Assembly (NCBI RefSeq): GCF_048403405.1
Contig: NZ_CP183129.1
From: Escherichia coli
GTDB taxonomy: Bacteria; Pseudomonadota; Gammaproteobacteria; Enterobacterales; Enterobacteriaceae
Strand: one strand, 5' to 3'
Length of the DNA: 64,000 nt
Below the pieces are notes generated by a model that ran no database searches, was not told the DNA's origin, and was given only the letters and a program-made list of their open reading frames with translations. How positions within the stretch are numbered: the stretch's first letter is position 1; every line of letters starts with the position of its first letter. Made by a program: the position numbers and the translations under genes. Positions 63,975 to 64,000 of this stretch are shown piece by piece.

Positions 63975-64000
63975 ATGAGCGAACAAATCACGTTTGCCAC
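63975..64000 (+). CDS. 5' end of an unidentified ORF truncated by the window edge
   Basis: ATG at 63975 preceded by AAGGA SD at 7-nt spacing; reads MSEQITFA...; only 26 nt are visible. Confidence 0.35.

Overview
Enterobacterial (Escherichia coli-like) chromosomal segment, densely coding, with no rRNA, tRNA, CRISPR array, transposase or integrase detected. Gene order reads as the reverse complement of the K-12 yehU-to-mdtA interval: btsS-btsR (yehUT), yehS, yehR, the yehLMPQ operon (MoxR AAA+ / VWA / SWIM), yehK, yehI plus two intact molR-like WGR-DUF4132 giant paralogs, metG, apbC (mrp), yehE, the yehDCBA chaperone-usher fimbrial operon, rcnB-rcnA / rcnR, TPP riboswitch-thiMD, yegX, yegW, yegVUT, fbaB, gatYZABCD-gatR, yegS, yegR, CyaR sRNA, yegQ (trhP), yegP, baeRS-mdtDCBA, and a tandem ibs/sib type I toxin-antitoxin array. 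Gene names rest on recalled E. coli protein sequences, lengths and synteny, not on a database search. The strain appears to differ from K-12 MG1655 in four ways (from memory of the K-12 map): a ZorO/OrzO-like type I toxin-antitoxin locus between yehK and yehL, two intact molR-like paralogs, an intact gatR, and three rather than two ibs/sib units. The best candidates for an undescribed system are the co-directional block of uncharacterised giant WGR-DUF4132 proteins and the MoxR-VWA-SWIM operon; their function is not known to me and any link between them is inference.
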